Part shown: positions 1 to 43,432 of the stretch, in pieces
How the letters are laid out: each line of letters starts with the position of its first letter
How positions within the stretch are numbered: position 1 is the stretch's first letter
Origin: Octopus vulgaris
Lineage: Eukaryota
Length of the DNA: 64,000 nt
Assembly (NCBI GenBank): GCA_951406725.2
Contig: OX597839.1
Coordinates: forward strand, 31,000,001 to 31,064,000
Direction of reading: 5' to 3'
Program-made: the position numbers and the translations under genes
The notes under the pieces: model-generated
Told to the model about the DNA's origin: nothing
Seen by the model: only the letters and a program-made list of their open reading frames with translations
Database searches by the model: none

Positions 1-338
1 ATGTTGCTACTGTCTCCTCTGGGTAGACTAGTCTGCTCTTCAAGTTCACTTGCGTCTTGCTGACTGAGGTTGAATGCAAAATAGAAAATGGGTCCCCTAC
101 CATTGCCTTTGCCTTGGCAGCTTTTGTCGTTCACCCTGAGAAATCGAATACCCTTTAGTGTTGGAGATTGGGGCTTAATAACCTTAGATATAGACAAATG
201 AACGAAAGTGATAATATATGATATATGATTTATAAAAACATGTAACATACAAATAAATATCTGTAAATATAAAACCATCCGAATTTCCGAGTACCTCATT
301 TCTTCTAATATAAAAAACCTGTACATCACCTCCAAACC

Positions 339-396
<58 letters not shown>

Positions 397-513
397 GACA
401 TATATACATATGCATGTATGCATATATATACATAAAAAAATGTATATGAGTGTGTGTGTGACTGCAAGTGTAGTATGTATAAATATATATATACACACAC
501 ACACACATATATG

Positions 514-561
<48 letters not shown>

Positions 562-568
562 ATATATA

Positions 569-653
<85 letters not shown>

Positions 654-1751
654 TACATATATATGTATATATGTATATATATATATATGAATAGGTAATA
701 TTTTTTACTTTAAGCTTGAAACAGGATTCTTGTACGCGGTTAACCGAAAGTTGCTGATTCATTATTTTTCTTTTGCTCGCCTATGATATAGTGTGTTATT
801 CTCAGAGATTTTAAGGTGGTAATAGGGCCTTTGGTGTCTAATTCTACAGTGTGTGGTGAGGTGTATAGCTGATCCCTTGTTATAATTATGCATATAATTA
901 TAAAATATTTTGTAAAATTTACCTATGAGGTTTTTATTTCCATACTGACCACCTGGTAAAATTATGATTTTTACCTTTGTTATAATTATATATATATATA
1001 TACACACACATATATATATATAGAGAGAGAGATGTATATAATTATATATTTGTACACAGACACACACACACACACATATATATATGCATAAGTATATACA
1101 TATCTACATATATATATGTTTCATTAAGTACGTGAAACATTAAAAAGGTTGTTTTTCCTCTATACAAACATAGAATTAGAAGATACCCTCCAGCCCCACC
1201 CCGCACGCACACACTCACACATGAACCAGTCTAAGGGCAATTTAGGTGTGTGTCTACCCAGCTAAATACTTTTGTCAGGAGGAGGCTGTGTTTGCTCTGC
1301 TGTACCTGTCTGTGTCTAAGTGCGTGTCAGCTTGGTACAGGGACTGCTTTGTTCCTCTTCTACACATACACGCACACGTACATACATATATACACACACA
1401 TACATGCATACATACATATATGTGAATGTGTGTGTGTGTGTGTGTGTACATCTAGCCACCTACTGCCCTTGAATGAAACCTTTTGAATAGAGAGTCCATA
1501 ATCCTAATTACTTAACCTATGACACATGCACTCTACTATTTATCACCCCCACTCATCTATCTTTATATATATAAACATAAATCATCATCAACATCATCAA
1601 CATCATTTAACGTCTGCTTTCCATGCTGGCATGGGTTGGACGGTTTGACTGAGAACTGGTGAACCAGATGGCTGCACCAGGCTCAATCTGATCTGGCAAA
1701 GTTTCTACAACTGGATGCCATTCCTTACGCCAACCACTCCGAGTGTGTAGT

Positions 1752-1830
<79 letters not shown>

Positions 1831-1927
1831 ATATACATATATATAAACATATATATGTATATGAGCATATATATATAAACATACATATGCAAATATACAT
1901 ATATAAACATATATATAAGCATACGTG

Positions 1928-1959
<32 letters not shown>

Positions 1960-2391
1960 TGCACACAGACACACATATGTATGAGTGTGCAATTTGTAGG
2001 AAAGATCCAGGGGAATAATTACAAGGAAGCTAAATGTTGCTTAAGTGTCTCAGGAAACAATGGTCACACTTTTGTGGGATTTGATCCCGGGGAGAAGGGA
2101 GATGTATTTAGGAGAAAATGGGAAAAATTTTTAATGGAGACAAACGTTCAGGATGTTATTAAATCATTTATATCTTCATACCATCGACGTATGTTTCGAT
2201 GGATGCATTCAAAATACATCGGACAGGAAGAATTATGGCCAGCAATGCATGAATCTTATCAGGCGGGATATAGACAACAACACTCATCAAATGGACAGTT
2301 TTGCAGAAAGAGGAAGCCCTAGAAAATATGACGCATTTATGCATATGCACACACACATACTCATGTGCATATATGCAACATGCATACAAAA

Positions 2392-2452
<61 letters not shown>

Positions 2453-2459
2453 TATAACG

Positions 2460-3600
2460 GCAGAGTCAACAGTGACCATTGTCTGTGGAATGGCATTGGG
2501 AAATGCCAATAGCCAGCTCCTCCTGGGCCTTTGCGCCAAGCACGAACTCGTCATCCCTATTTTATCCCCTTACTCGACAAAGAACAACTAGACTCGCCTT
2601 CCATCAACATGCGTTCTCTTGGATGATGGACCCTTCAATCTCGCATGTCTCCATGCAAAGACGAGGAGCTCCACCATCTCAGTCTTTGAGATGCAGTACG
2701 CCGACGACAATGCCGCTCCAAGCCAGACCGCAGATGGCGTACAAAGGATGGTCGATCTTTACAAACCCTTTGGGATGCAGGTAAACACCTTAAAGACCAA
2801 GACACTGATCCAGCCTGCACCAGGTGAGAACAGTCACTCACAAACGTTAGCATCAACGGTCCAGCCCGAGAAGTTGAACACTTTACATACCTTAGAAGTA
2901 TCCTTTCGAAGAACCCCACGTGTGAAAAGGACGTGGAGAACCGGATTGGGGCGGCTCACTCTGCCTTCGATAGACTCAGCCAACGTGTATTCTTCAATCA
3001 CGCACTGACCACCCGGACAAAGATCATGGTCTTCCGTGCCAATGTCCTCTCAACACTACTCTACGCTTGTGAGACTTGGTCGTTGTACCGCCATGACTTC
3101 AGGCGCCTTGAATGCTTCCCAACAATCGAAGCTACGACGGATCCACAACATACAATGGGAAGATCACATTGCCAACAACGAGGTTCTTCGCCGTGCCTCT
3201 CTACCAAGCGTCGAAGCCACAATTCTTTGCCATCGTCTCTGCTGGAGCGTCCAGCCCTCTCGTCTCTGCAGAGAACTTGCAATTAGAACAAGGCTCAGAG
3301 GAGGTCCGAAATTCCGTTTTAAAGACCAGCTCAATCGGACCTTGGCTCAAGCTAACATCCAGCCATCCTCAAAGGGAACAGATTGCCACGGATAGGACAG
3401 CCTGGAGGACTGCTATCCCGAATTGAGCCAGCTCCTTCGAGCAGAACAGACAACAGAATGAGGAGACAAAACGCAGGAGAAGAAGGGAGCATCTTCAACG
3501 TCGTCGACCTGCTCCGACCATCCCGTGTGAGTTCTGCCTACGACTCTTTCACCACCGACTCGGACTCCAAAGTCACTTTCAGCACAAACATCAGACTGAC
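2460..3600 (+). mobile_element. 5'-truncated, frameshifted RTE/BovB-like LINE (RT C-terminal part)
   Basis: EMQYADD RT motif, VNTLKTK, ENRIGAAHSAFDRL, LLYACETW, and a terminal C2H2-like motif. Confidence 0.88.
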
Positions 3601-3629
3601 TGGAAACCGACGAATCCAATGCTCAGATA

Positions 3630-4750
3630 CAATAACAAAGAAGAGCACTTATCTTGCTCCTACCGCTGTCAATATTCCAAATAATACCCAAATCCATCAA
3701 AATATCCATTTATCTTTGTAATCCTAAAAATAAACAGTCAAAGGGAAGTAACCCTGCTTCCTCCTCCTTCTTAAGCTACAAAATTCAGTTGAGTTTTTTT
3801 GTTTTTTTAAATAATAAATCTCGCACAGAATCACAAAATCACAGACGCCAGACAATATCTATTTAATTCCTGTCACCCAAGACACACCAAAACAAACATC
3901 CCCTTCAACCTTGCAAGAAGGATATGCACAAAATACCAGAGACTTTCGACTGCAGGAACCCAAAAACACCCTGATTGACAGACACTGCCCAGTTCAATTC
4001 CTAAAGGATGGAATCAGAAGTGGAACACAAATCGACAGAGAAACCTTAAGAAAAGTTAAACACACCTTCCCCGAAAATACTGCCGTACATATCCACCTAC
4101 AACCCCAGAAACAAAGAAGCTTTCATTATCATCACCCAAAATTTACCAATGCTACATAAGGACCCTCCAAATTAAAATAAGGTTTGCATACACGTACGAT
4201 TATTAAAAGTCCCAATGAACCGAAATCACTAAAAAAGATCCTCACAAAGGCAAAATTATCGCTCAGACGCAGATTGTATTCCTAGAATACAGAATGATAC
4301 CCTTTAGGGAACACATTGAGAGACGCACAAAGCAACTGCTACCACAACTTGTAATCTTTCCATTCTATCAATGTGCCATTGGAACACAAACACAAGTTAG
4401 TTTAAATAAGAAAACCTACTTTGTTGAAAAATATAAGCCAAAAACTTAACCATTTCTAACATTTTTAAATAAGGAAACTTTTACCTGATTGGAAAAAATA
4501 TAAAGCAAAACTTAACCACTTCTAACTTTCTATCCTTCCTAAACGAAATCATGTTAAATCAATAAAACCTAACCATTCCCAACATTTTTTATTATCTCCT
4601 TTATACCGAAGGCATCTCTGATCCCCCCCCCCCTTCCCGTCTGAAACTCTCCTACTTCAAACCATAGTGAAGAAATGACACAATATCGGTAAAGAAATCT
4701 GAGACTTTTGAAAAGAAAACACGAAACCAGTTATTTCTCCAAAAAACAAT
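3630..4750 (+). mobile_element. Decayed Penelope-like retroelement fragment
   Basis: A/C-rich decayed coding-like text resembling the PLE RT thumb to GIY-YIG region (TYNPRN-like); no intact ORF. Confidence 0.45.
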
Positions 4751-4959
4751 GTCACTACTCACAACAGTTGATAACATTTTTCTAATATGACGATTTAGAT
4801 ATATTATTTAGCCAAATAACACATGTCCTCTGTAGTTTTTTCACTCTATTTATGTATATATATATAAATAAGGATAATATCGTTAATTTAAAATAAAATA
4901 ACGATCTTATCAAGAGGCCAGCATGGAAAAAATAACCTTCAAAGGTAATAATTATTAAA

Positions 4960-5163
4960 ATTATAACTTAGGGTATCTTAGCAGCCATGATCTGACTCTA
5001 AAACTACCTCAAGTGTTCATATAGCAACACGGAGCAAAGACTACTATTTTTATCTTGTCTTTTTGTCTTCGCTCCGTGTTGCTATATGAACACTTAAGGT
5101 GGTTTTAGAGTCAGATCATGGCTGCTATTTTCAGCATAGTGGTATCTCATAGATACCCTAAGT

Positions 5164-5170
<7 letters not shown>
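4960..5170. repeat. Long inverted repeat/hairpin
   Basis: Arms of about 63 bp at 4979-5041 and 5065-5127, plus outer arms at 4961-4978 and 5151-5170. Confidence 0.85.
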
Positions 5171-5206
<36 letters not shown>

Positions 5207-5328
5207 ATCTCTCTTAAAAATATATCTTTTGATAAGCACAACAAATGCACAACCGGTAAAAAGAACTTTCACCTAATTAAATACACTCTCCCTTACTTAA
5301 ATTATTTTGTCAGCATTTTCTTCATTTC

Positions 5329-5421
<93 letters not shown>

Positions 5422-6353
5422 TATGTTGATGCAACCAGGAATAATAGAACTCAAAAGATATGAGTAAATGGATATTTTTATTGATATTTAGCAGAAGTAA
5501 CAGAGTGACTCAAGGTCTGAGAGTTTCGTGTGTTGGCATTTATCAAACTAGTTACAAGTTGAAGGTCCGTGTGTTTTAATAAGTTTTGAACTCATGTCTA
5601 GGAGATCGTTTTCGAAAGCTTCTTATTAAAATATCAAACCGGTTTCCACAATTTTTTTGTTTTGCAACAAAATTTAAAAGCAACGACATGCTTTGAGACT
5701 CAGGGGCATTTTCAACCCCCGAAACCAACAATCCTGTATTATTTCTGTGTGGAAATACACTTTCTTTCTCCATGTGTGTGTGTGTGTGTGTGTGTGTGGT
5801 AAGGCTTCAACAAGCAGAGTGACACTCAAGCAGCTAAGGGAGTAAAGATAATGTTATAATGAAAATTACAAGTCCTGCAAAATACAGCTACCCAGGGTAA
5901 CCTGTTTGAAATTTTATTTCACCATTTATCCAGCTTATAAGAACAAAAGCTTTTGCCAGCTGCTTTAAGCCTTTATTGTTCAAATTACTCAGTCAAATGG
6001 AATCCTTAATCTTTCAAATTGTTTTGAATTAATCCTGCATTATCTCATAGCTTTTAGATTTCAAACGATGTGATTGTTTACTTTTAGAATGACATTTCAG
6101 GGTAGGTATGAAAGGCCAGATCTGGTCACTTTAAATACAAAACAGGGAGAATATTTAGGCTGGATATGGCCGGCTTGAATGTTAAAGAGTTAAGTAAAAT
6201 TTTGACTTAGAAATCCCAGGTGACTGGATTCTGCAAGTCTTGTGCTTTTCCTTATAACCTTATATATATATATTATACTTAATGAATTAAAAACTGTTTC
6301 GTATGATCTTATAATCTTTATAACAACTTCCTAATCAGGTTTAACATCAAAGA

Positions 6354-35115
<28,762 letters not shown>

Positions 35116-35367
35116 TCTTAGAATTCTTCAAATATTTCTTTGGGAGGAAACAAAACCAAAAATTAAAAATAAATTCGATTTTTTTTTTTTTGCATGGCAT
35201 TTTTTGTTTTCTTTTTTCTTTTCTTTAACATTACAAGTGTGTGTGTGTGTGTGTGTGTGTGTGATCATTGATTGATTTTAGATTATTGACTTTTGACTTG
35301 TATTTAAATGTGTGTAAAAGTAACACCATCAATGTGTTGCCCTTTAGGAAGATGAAAGAAATATCCA

Positions 35368-35406
<39 letters not shown>

Positions 35407-35599
35407 GTGTATATATATATATGTATATATAACAAAAATAAAATGGATGAGAGATTATCATAGGTCAAGTTCCTTTATCTTGGGAATACAAAACACACAA
35501 AAAATTCATCAAGACAATAAGTTTCAAGCACTCCAATATAACAATCCAAAGAAAAGCAACAACAACAACAACAACAAACAACAATAATAATAATAAATG

Positions 35600-36690
35600 A
35601 TAACCGACCAGACATCGTCATCATAGACCTAAGACAAAAAACATGCCTGTTTATTGATATGACAGTATCTACTGATAGAAACGTCTCAACAAAGGAATTT
35701 GAGAAACTGTCAAAATATAAGGACCTTGAGATTGAGATATGGCAATTAAAAACCATCTCTGTTGTTGTAGGTGCCCAGGGAAGGATCAAGAAAAGTACTG
35801 ACGAATTTTTTGACCAGGTCCCTGGGAAACCAACAATCTATGAGACTCAAAAAATTGTGTTGATATCAACAGCCCACACTTCCAGGAAGTTTCTCTCCAT
35901 TTAATATTATATTCATGCCTTAGATTTCAGACCCAGTCGGAAGAGGTAATAAAATACAAATCAATAAAAAAAAAAATAATAATAATAAAGCAAGTATAAA
36001 GATCTTGAAATAGAAATTGGCAAAATGTGGAACCTCAAGAGTAAAATAATACTGGTTGCCATAGGTGCCCTAGGAACGATAGCAAAAGGGGCTGATTCCT
36101 ACGTAGTTCAGATACCAGGAAACCCTAACATGGCAGAAATTCAAAAGATTGTGCTCATGGGAACTGACCATATCCTATGTAAAATACTGTTTATGTAATC
36201 TCGAATCTTAAAACAAACTCATAATTTTCTGTTTTCTTAAACATTCTCTAGAACAATACTTTGTGCAAAACCAAATATATGACACCCTAGGCATAAGACC
36301 AACATGAACTTCTAAGTTGTTGTCTCTTGAGGTCCCTGGGTGAGACTTGGAGTCAACTTGTACAAATACAAAGCAAAAGTGAAACATATAATAATTATAA
36401 TAATTATAATAATAATAAGAAGAAGAATGATCCCTGGCTTACCATCCCTGCAAGAAGTGCAAAAGATTGTCTTAACTGGTACATCACACGTATTGAGAAG
36501 AGCATTGTCGATGTGAGAACTGTTGCTGCTCATGTATTTTAATTTAACTTTAAAAGAAAAAAAAAAAATGAACGAACTACTGAGTTTGGTTTAATGGCCT
36601 ACCAATATACACTATGAGTTTCTTTACCCTAGGAGTCGAGAAGACACTCGGCAAGAAATGGAAGAACATTTGAAAGCAGAAAAAAAAAAG
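35600..36690 (+). mobile_element. Three tandem 3' fragments of Dong/R4-like non-LTR retroelements
   Basis: REL endonuclease text NRPDIVIID...FIDMTV...KEFEKLSKYKDLEIEI; fragments at about 35600-35970, 35991-36385 and 36430-36690, each bounded by (TAA)n. Confidence 0.8.
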
Positions 36691-36695
36691 TAATA

Positions 36696-36730
<35 letters not shown>

Positions 36731-38559
36731 TCCTGAAAGAATGAGACGTCACCTTTGAATGGTTTGCAGACAGATAATTCGTCCCTAAAGAAAGGAGTTA
36801 CATCTGAAACAAGGAATTGGTGCCTCTTGAGACGAATTAAGTGTCAACTGTGGCCCAAGAAATGGCAGAAAGATCTGTGGATTTTTTGGTTTCTTCTGCA
36901 GAAACACTTCAAAGTTGTTTGGTTGTGTTTTGTTACTGAATTAATCAACAGGAAGAAGAATTATCGCAGCAACACAAATATGTACCCGGTGGTCTTCTGT
37001 GTGTGTGTGTGTGTGCACGAGACAATGTTTGATTGTGTGTTTGTGTGTGTGTGTGTATGTATACATGGGTGTGGGGTGTAGCTGTGTGTATGTGTAGGGG
37101 TGAAGTATATTGACAAAAAAATAACTTAATGACAAAGCCATTCAGAAATATAATGGCAATGACGATGATGATGATGTTGATGTTGTTGATAGTACCATGT
37201 ACACAGTGCCAGATCAAGAGGGATTGGTGTAAGGGGTGATGGTCAAACTAGGAAGGCCTTCATGTTTTGTTGTTTTATTTATTTTACATTAATCTATTTC
37301 TAATCATATTTATATTTATTTTCTTTTTTTATTTTATTGTTGGTCATTTCTAATCTTTGGATTCAAATTGAGATTAAACGAATGTTTACACAACTAACGA
37401 ATTGGTTTTATCATTAGTGTTGTTGTTGTTATTGTTGTTAAGGTGTTTGCGAGTTGGACAAAATACATACAGGTGTGGCTGTGTGGTAAGAAGCTTGCTT
37501 CCCAACCACATGGTTCCAGGTTCAGTCTCACTCTGCCTGGCACCTTGGGCAAGTGTCTTCTACTATAGCCTCAGATCAACCAAAGCCTTATGAGTGGATT
37601 TGGTAGATGGAAACTGAAAGAAGCCTATCACAGAGAGACAGACTATTTACAGGGTTCAATAGGACCTCGACTCACCAACAAATAGGATGCCAGGACTGGT
37701 TAGGAACCCTAGAAATGAGTTGTCAAAGAGTTCAAAACAACCATTAGGTGTCATGTGTTGGTAGTGTACAGCATGTATGTGTGTATATGTGGATCAATAT
37801 AAGAGTTTGGAAGGATATATCATTACCTTGCATACACTGTGCCACCCGTACCATTAAATACTTTAAAGAATAGCATTGTAATTATCAAATATTTTCTTAT
37901 AACAGCTTACCTCACCTATTATAAATAAACTAGGGAGATCCTATTATAAGTTTTTGGAATACAAATCTAGTCTACCCCTTATCCACTACAGTCTAAATTA
38001 ATTTTATTTTTCAATTTGCTAACTTAAATATTACCCCTAACTGGCCTAAATTATTGTCCCATATAAACCATACTTCATTCTTGGATGCTAAATTTTAATA
38101 ACCCTAATTCTAAGAATTTCATCTTGGTTACCTCCCTTCCATTGTATTTTTAAATATTTTAAAGGCTTTTGATATGTCTGCTAATTAATAATTTTTTTTG
38201 CTAGGAATGTTCTCATAAAAAGTTCTTCTAAATCCCCTTAATTAATATTCAAAACCTGATAATTGAATAGATAATAATATCTATGTTATTTAGTCTCTAT
38301 TTTTATAATGGTCTTATTCTTAATAACATTTCTAACCAATTTCATTTCACAGGTATGTATGGTTGAAATTAACAGAAAAACAAAAGACGAGGACAGGTGT
38401 ATGAACAACAAGCAGGTGTATTGGTTTGACACTTGGGAAAGTGAGAAAGTCTTTACATTTCGAGCCTATGCTCTTCAACAGAAAGGAATAAGAGAAAATA
38501 AACAGAGAGAAAATAAGAAAAAAACTTGTGGATTTCGTGGTCAAATGAATTGTATATAA

Positions 38560-38790
38560 AGCTTGAGTTTCAGGAGTCCACAACTGTTCAACATTCGGCC
38601 AAACAACCTCAAACATTTGCAAGAGATGCGGGATGTGGAAGTCTTCAGAAAGCATCTGGCCAAATTTATATCTGAGATGCCATTGAACCAACATTGTGGC
38701 AGGAGGCACAAAAAAAAGCTGCTCCAACCAACTCACTACTTCACTAAAAACAGTACAGAAAGGAAACCCAGACACACCGAAAGGTGGTGC
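38560..38790 (+). mobile_element. CR1/L2-like LINE 3' tail
   Basis: SFRSPQLFNIRPNNL...VFRKHLAKFISEMP, typical of a LINE ORF2 C-terminus. Confidence 0.55.
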
Positions 38791-38816
38791 TCCAGCATGG
38801 CCCTAGCCTGAACTTT

Positions 38817-39456
38817 AGGTCTCACCAAGGAAATGACTAGAGATCGAGACCTATGGAAGTGTGCTGTGCGTGAGAAGACCTGGCAAGACTAGTCGGGCCA
38901 TAACCCGTGGCCCCTACCTGGGACGTAGTCAGTCCACCTGTGCATACCTTCCTTCTTGTGACACTTGTGAAGACCTGTTGAGGCAAGTGAAAATCAAAAA
39001 TCAAAAATCAAAATCAAAATCAAAATCAAACCAAATCAAAATAGATGAACATCAATGGAATTTGTATCTTTGTGGTACCAGTGCCGGTGGCACATAAGAA
39101 AACCATCCGAACGTGGCCGTAGCCAGTACCGCATCGACTGGCCTCCGTGCTGTGGGCACATAACAAACACCATCCAAGCATGGCCGTCTGCCAGCCTCGT
39201 CTGGCACCTGTGTCAGTGGCACATAAAAAACACCATCCGAGTGTGGCCGTTCGCCAGCCTCGTCTGGCACCTGTGTCGGTGGCACATAAAATCACCCACT
39301 ACACTCTCGGAGTGGTTGGCGTTAGGAAGGGCATCCAGCTGTAGAAACACTGCCAGATCCGACTGGCCTGGTGCAGCCTTCGGGCTCCCCAGACCCCAGT
39401 TGAACCGTCCAACCCATGCTAGCATGGAAAGCGGACGTTAAATGATGATGATGATG

Positions 39457-39458
<2 letters not shown>
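38817..39458 (+). mobile_element. Interspersed retroposon family 3 with (GAT)n tail (RTE-type 3' end)
   Basis: Ends GTTAGGAAGGGCATCCAGC...CCAACCCATGCTAGCATGGAAAGCGGACGTTAAA(TGA)n. Copies at about 1582-1750(-), 22640-22955(+), 33560-33930(+), 56773-57020(-), 60000-60425(+). Confidence 0.8.
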
Positions 39459-39487
<29 letters not shown>

Positions 39488-40860
39488 AACACTCATATAT
39501 ATACATATAAATATATATATATCAACTGTTCAGTGTAGCTCCAGCATGGCCTTGAACAAGTGCTTGCTCAGTGTCACCAAGTTCCCTGATTGATCCCTCA
39601 TTGACCAGGGTATTAGTTGAAAGTCCTTTTATTGGTCTTTTGTGCTTGAGAGTCAATAGTTTCAGAGTTATGTAGAGATTTGGCCCAGATCTATGGCCTG
39701 GATGTAATCCAGCTCTAATCTTGAATGGATTAAAGGATTAAGTATGTGGACAGTGACTGAATTTGCTGTGATAAATAACTAAAAATATTTGCTTTGGAAA
39801 GATTAAATATTTTATTCCTTAATCTTAAATCTTCACACCAACGTTTAGAATTTTTCTCCATAAATGAAATAAAAAAACTGCTGCTACTACTACTACTACT
39901 ACTTATTCCATTGGGGTCGATAAATTAAGCACCAGATAAGTTAAGTAATAGACTATCCCCCTCCCCACAAATTCCAGGCCTTGTGCCTATAGTAGAAAGG
40001 ATTATTATTATTATTGACTGAGAGAGCAGTGCATGCCATCAAAGTGACACTGTGTACCCATCATGACTACCTGTCTCATAAGGCTACACTAGGTACATGC
40101 TTCACAACCATGTGTGCGTTACATGGTGGGTGACCTTATATCAAGATAAACAGCGAATGACCTTGCAGGTGAGGCCCCAGTTAGAATTTTCTTCTGGTTG
40201 AGCAGCCCAGAATATTTGTTGTAGCCCGTCTTTTATACCAAGACAAAACAATGGACATGATAACACTTCCAATCAGTTAAGATCAGAAGCCATGAGAACC
40301 ACTGCCTGGGACTGCATCAGGGCATATCACAAAGAATGCCATGTTGTATTTGTTTTGGCTCTTAATGTTCTGAGTTCATATCCTGCTGAGGTCAACTTTG
40401 CCATTCGCCCCTCGACTGTTGATGACATAAAGTTCCAGTCACATACCAGGGTTGTTCAAAATCATCATCATTTAACATCTTCCTTCCATGCTGGCTTGAG
40501 TTGGATGGTTTAACAGGAGGTGGCCTGGCAGAAGAATACACCAGACTTCTGTGTCTGTTTTGGCAAGGTTTTTACGGCTGGTTGCCCTTCCTAACACCAA
40601 ATGCTCTGCAGAGTGGACTGGATGCATTTTATGTAGCACTAGCACAAGCGAGGTCAGTTTGAGCAAAGCTTTTACAGCTGGATGCCCTTCCAAATGCCAG
40701 CCACTTTACAGTGTGGACTGAGTGCTTTTTATCTGGTACCATCACTTGTAGGGCCACCAAGTAGCTTGCAGGACAAGGAATCTTTGAGAGAGGAGGGGGC
40801 ATTGGAGGAGGGGAACTTGTGTCGATTGATGAAAGGTCAGAGTGTGACAGAGCAAGAGAG

Positions 40861-41078
40861 AAGGCGGCGAGGTGGCAGAAACGTTGGCACGCCGGGAGAA
40901 ATGCTTAGCAGCATTTTGTCTGTCTATACGTTCTGAGTTCAAATTCCACCAAGGTCGACTTTGCCTTTCATCCTTTCGGGGTCAATAAATTAGGTACCAG
41001 TTGCATGCTGGGGTCGATGTAATCGACTTGATCCCTTTGTCTGTCCTTGTTTGTCCACTTGTGGGCAATAAAGAAACA
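40861..41078 (+). mobile_element. SINE family 2 (Meta-domain-like central core)
   Basis: GGCGGCGAG.TGGCAGAA head and core GGTCGACTTTGCCTTTCATCCTTTCGGGGTC...AGTACCAG. Other copies at about 21222-21440(-), 29179-29410(-), 32340-32520(-), 48760-48975(-), 49010-49170(+). Confidence 0.8.
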
Positions 41079-41819
41079 AGAGTGACAGAGAAGTAGAAAC
41101 AGGTTTGTCTTGCTGTAGAGAAGGTACATGGTTACCTGACCAGAGAGAGGGGGGTGAGGAAGAGAGAGAGAGAGAGCAAGAGGAAGAAAGAGAGGGAAAG
41201 AGGGCAGAAACAGATGTGCTGATGTAAAGGAGATAATTGGTTGCCCATCTAGAGGGAGGAGCAAGGGAGACAGAGATAGAGAGAGAGAGAGAGAGATAGA
41301 GCAGGAGAGAGGTGGTGGTGGTGGTGGTGGTGAAGTGCCAGGGTATAGTCACAAGTAACAAGGATCAGAGCATGGATGGGATGGTAGAGTAAGGAAGAGA
41401 GAGAGATATAGATGGTGGCAATTGCCCAGGGCATGGCCTCAAGGTACAAAGGTCATAATATGCAAGGTCAGGTGTTGCCAAGAAGGTGCGAGAAGTGGGG
41501 GGTGGGGATTGCAGTGACCAGTGACCATCACCACTAACCTGGAACCATGTGGTTGGGAAGCAAGCTTCCTACATCTGAATACCATACTTAGTGTATATAC
41601 ACAGTTGATAGGCCCGTTAGTGCTGTCCCAAGGTAACATCTCTTGTGACTTACTGTGTTAAGAACTCAGTAAATATCAGAAAGAACCAAAAAGATAAGGA
41701 ATGTCATCTCAGGACAAAAACTTAAGTGACTGGCCTATCAACTATTTATACATTGTGGTGAATAAAGAACTGTTTTTAAAATTAAATTATTGGCTCAGTT
41801 ACATATACCAGATCACAGC

Positions 41820-42100
41820 TCCCATGACTTCAGGAAACATTTTTTCACGCTGAGAGTTGCTGAAGCATGGAACAAACTGCCGGCATCAGTTGTTAGTTGT
41901 CGGAGCACTGCATCCTTCAAAACTTCCATGCTTTCTGAGAGTCGCCAACACTACACCTGATTTTCTCCCCTCCTTACACACACAAGCATGTATCTGACTC
42001 ATACATTGTTCGCTTTCCAGACATTTCTACATTACTGCATGTACTTTATATGCACTTTCTGACAAGTTGTGGTGCACCTGAGCACTGTATACAATTAATT
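41820..42100 (+). mobile_element. CR1-like LINE 3' tail
   Basis: RKHFFTLRVAEAWNKLPASVVSCRSTASFK followed by (TTA)n. Confidence 0.65.
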
Positions 42101-43296
42101 TCATTATTATTATTATTATTATCATCATTTAGCATCTGTTTTCCATGCTGGCATGGGTTGGACGGCTGGACCAGAGCTGGCAAGCTAGGGAGCTGTACCA
42201 GGTTCCAGTCTGATTTGGTTTGGTTTCTACAGCTGGATGACCTTCCTGATTCCAACCACTTTACTGTTACGTGTAATTATTATTACTGTTTGCCAAGTGG
42301 TCAAGTGGTACAGTTGCTAAAACAGTAGCAAAAAAGTCCAGTTATTTCTCTTATATTCTGAGTTCAATTCTTATCAAATCCAAAATTGTTTTTTTATTCT
42401 TTTGGGGTTTGATAAAATAAAATACCAGTTAACTATTGAGGGCTGATGTAGTTCATGCTTCTTTTCTACACATCATCAGGTCAATGGACAAAGCCCCTGG
42501 TCACTTGTATGTGGTTGCAATAGAATACAAAATAGTTTCCTGGTCAACTCTTGTTTTGGTTTACAAGACACCACAGCCTTGGATAATGGCAATTCTTTTT
42601 AAAATGGCATTGTGTAGGTTGAGGTGAGATATTTGGCTGTCATTTCTAGCAGGTTGAGACACTTCATAAGGTTTCCTCATTTTTGTCTGATACAGGTGCT
42701 CCATACATAAACACACACACACACATAGAAAGAGTAAGAGGTGAAAGAGGGAGTGTGATTGTAGAAAGAGAAAGTGAGAAAGGCAGGCTGGAAGAGAGAG
42801 AGAGAGAGAGAAAGTGGGGAGGGAGAGGGAGACAAAGATGAGAGAAAAGGCTACAGACATTGGGGAGAGTGAGAGATAAAGATGCCTAAAAGAAAGGGAG
42901 AGAAATAGTAATGTACAGAAGAAAGAGGGAGATGGGGAGATAGAGAGAGAGAGTAAAAGAGAGAGAGAGACAAAGAAGCAAAGTAGTTGGAGGGAGAAAG
43001 AGAGAGAGAGAGAGATAGAGATAGAGACAGACAAATAAAGAGGTAGATAAGTAGATATAAAGATAAATATATAGTGAGACAGATGGATGGATAGAGAAAG
43101 AGAAAGAGAGAAAGGGAGAGAGAGGCAACATGCCCAAACAGTTCCCAGCCACAGAACCAGTTAAAGCAACAATTTATCTCCATTTTGTGTTGACAATGGA
43201 TCAAAAGATTCAGAGATTGACCAACTTTGACCGAATTATTTCAACATTGGATTATTTTGTATTCCTCGAAAAGTCGACCTGCATTTGGATAGTTTG

Positions 43297-43432
43297 CACC
43301 ACCGCCACCACCACCACCACCGCCACCACCACCACCACCACCACCGCCACCACCACCACCACCGCCACCGCCACCACCACCACCGCCGCCACCACCACCG
43401 CCACCACCACCACTACCACCACCGCCGCCGCC
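43297..43432 (+). repeat. (CAC/CGC)n microsatellite
   Basis: Direct reading. Confidence 0.95.

Noticed and set aside
1-136. Possible minus-strand exon of a neighbouring gene (TTTCTCAG|...[10 protein letters not shown]...)
   Set aside because: The frame is open to the window edge but has no recognisable homology or second boundary.
184-762. Long YI/CV/HT-repeat ORFs here and throughout (e.g. 26381-27033, 61794-62586)
   Set aside because: They are translations of (TA)n, (CA)n and (TACA)n microsatellites with no splice or homology support.
36753-36960. Possible 5' UTR exon/promoter of the Hedge/M15 gene
   Set aside because: Only a donor-like AAG|GTGACG supports it; it cannot be delimited without transcripts.
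37800-38345. AT-rich decayed coding-like stretch on the minus strand
   Set aside because: It has many stops and no motif I can assign; probably an old transposon remnant.
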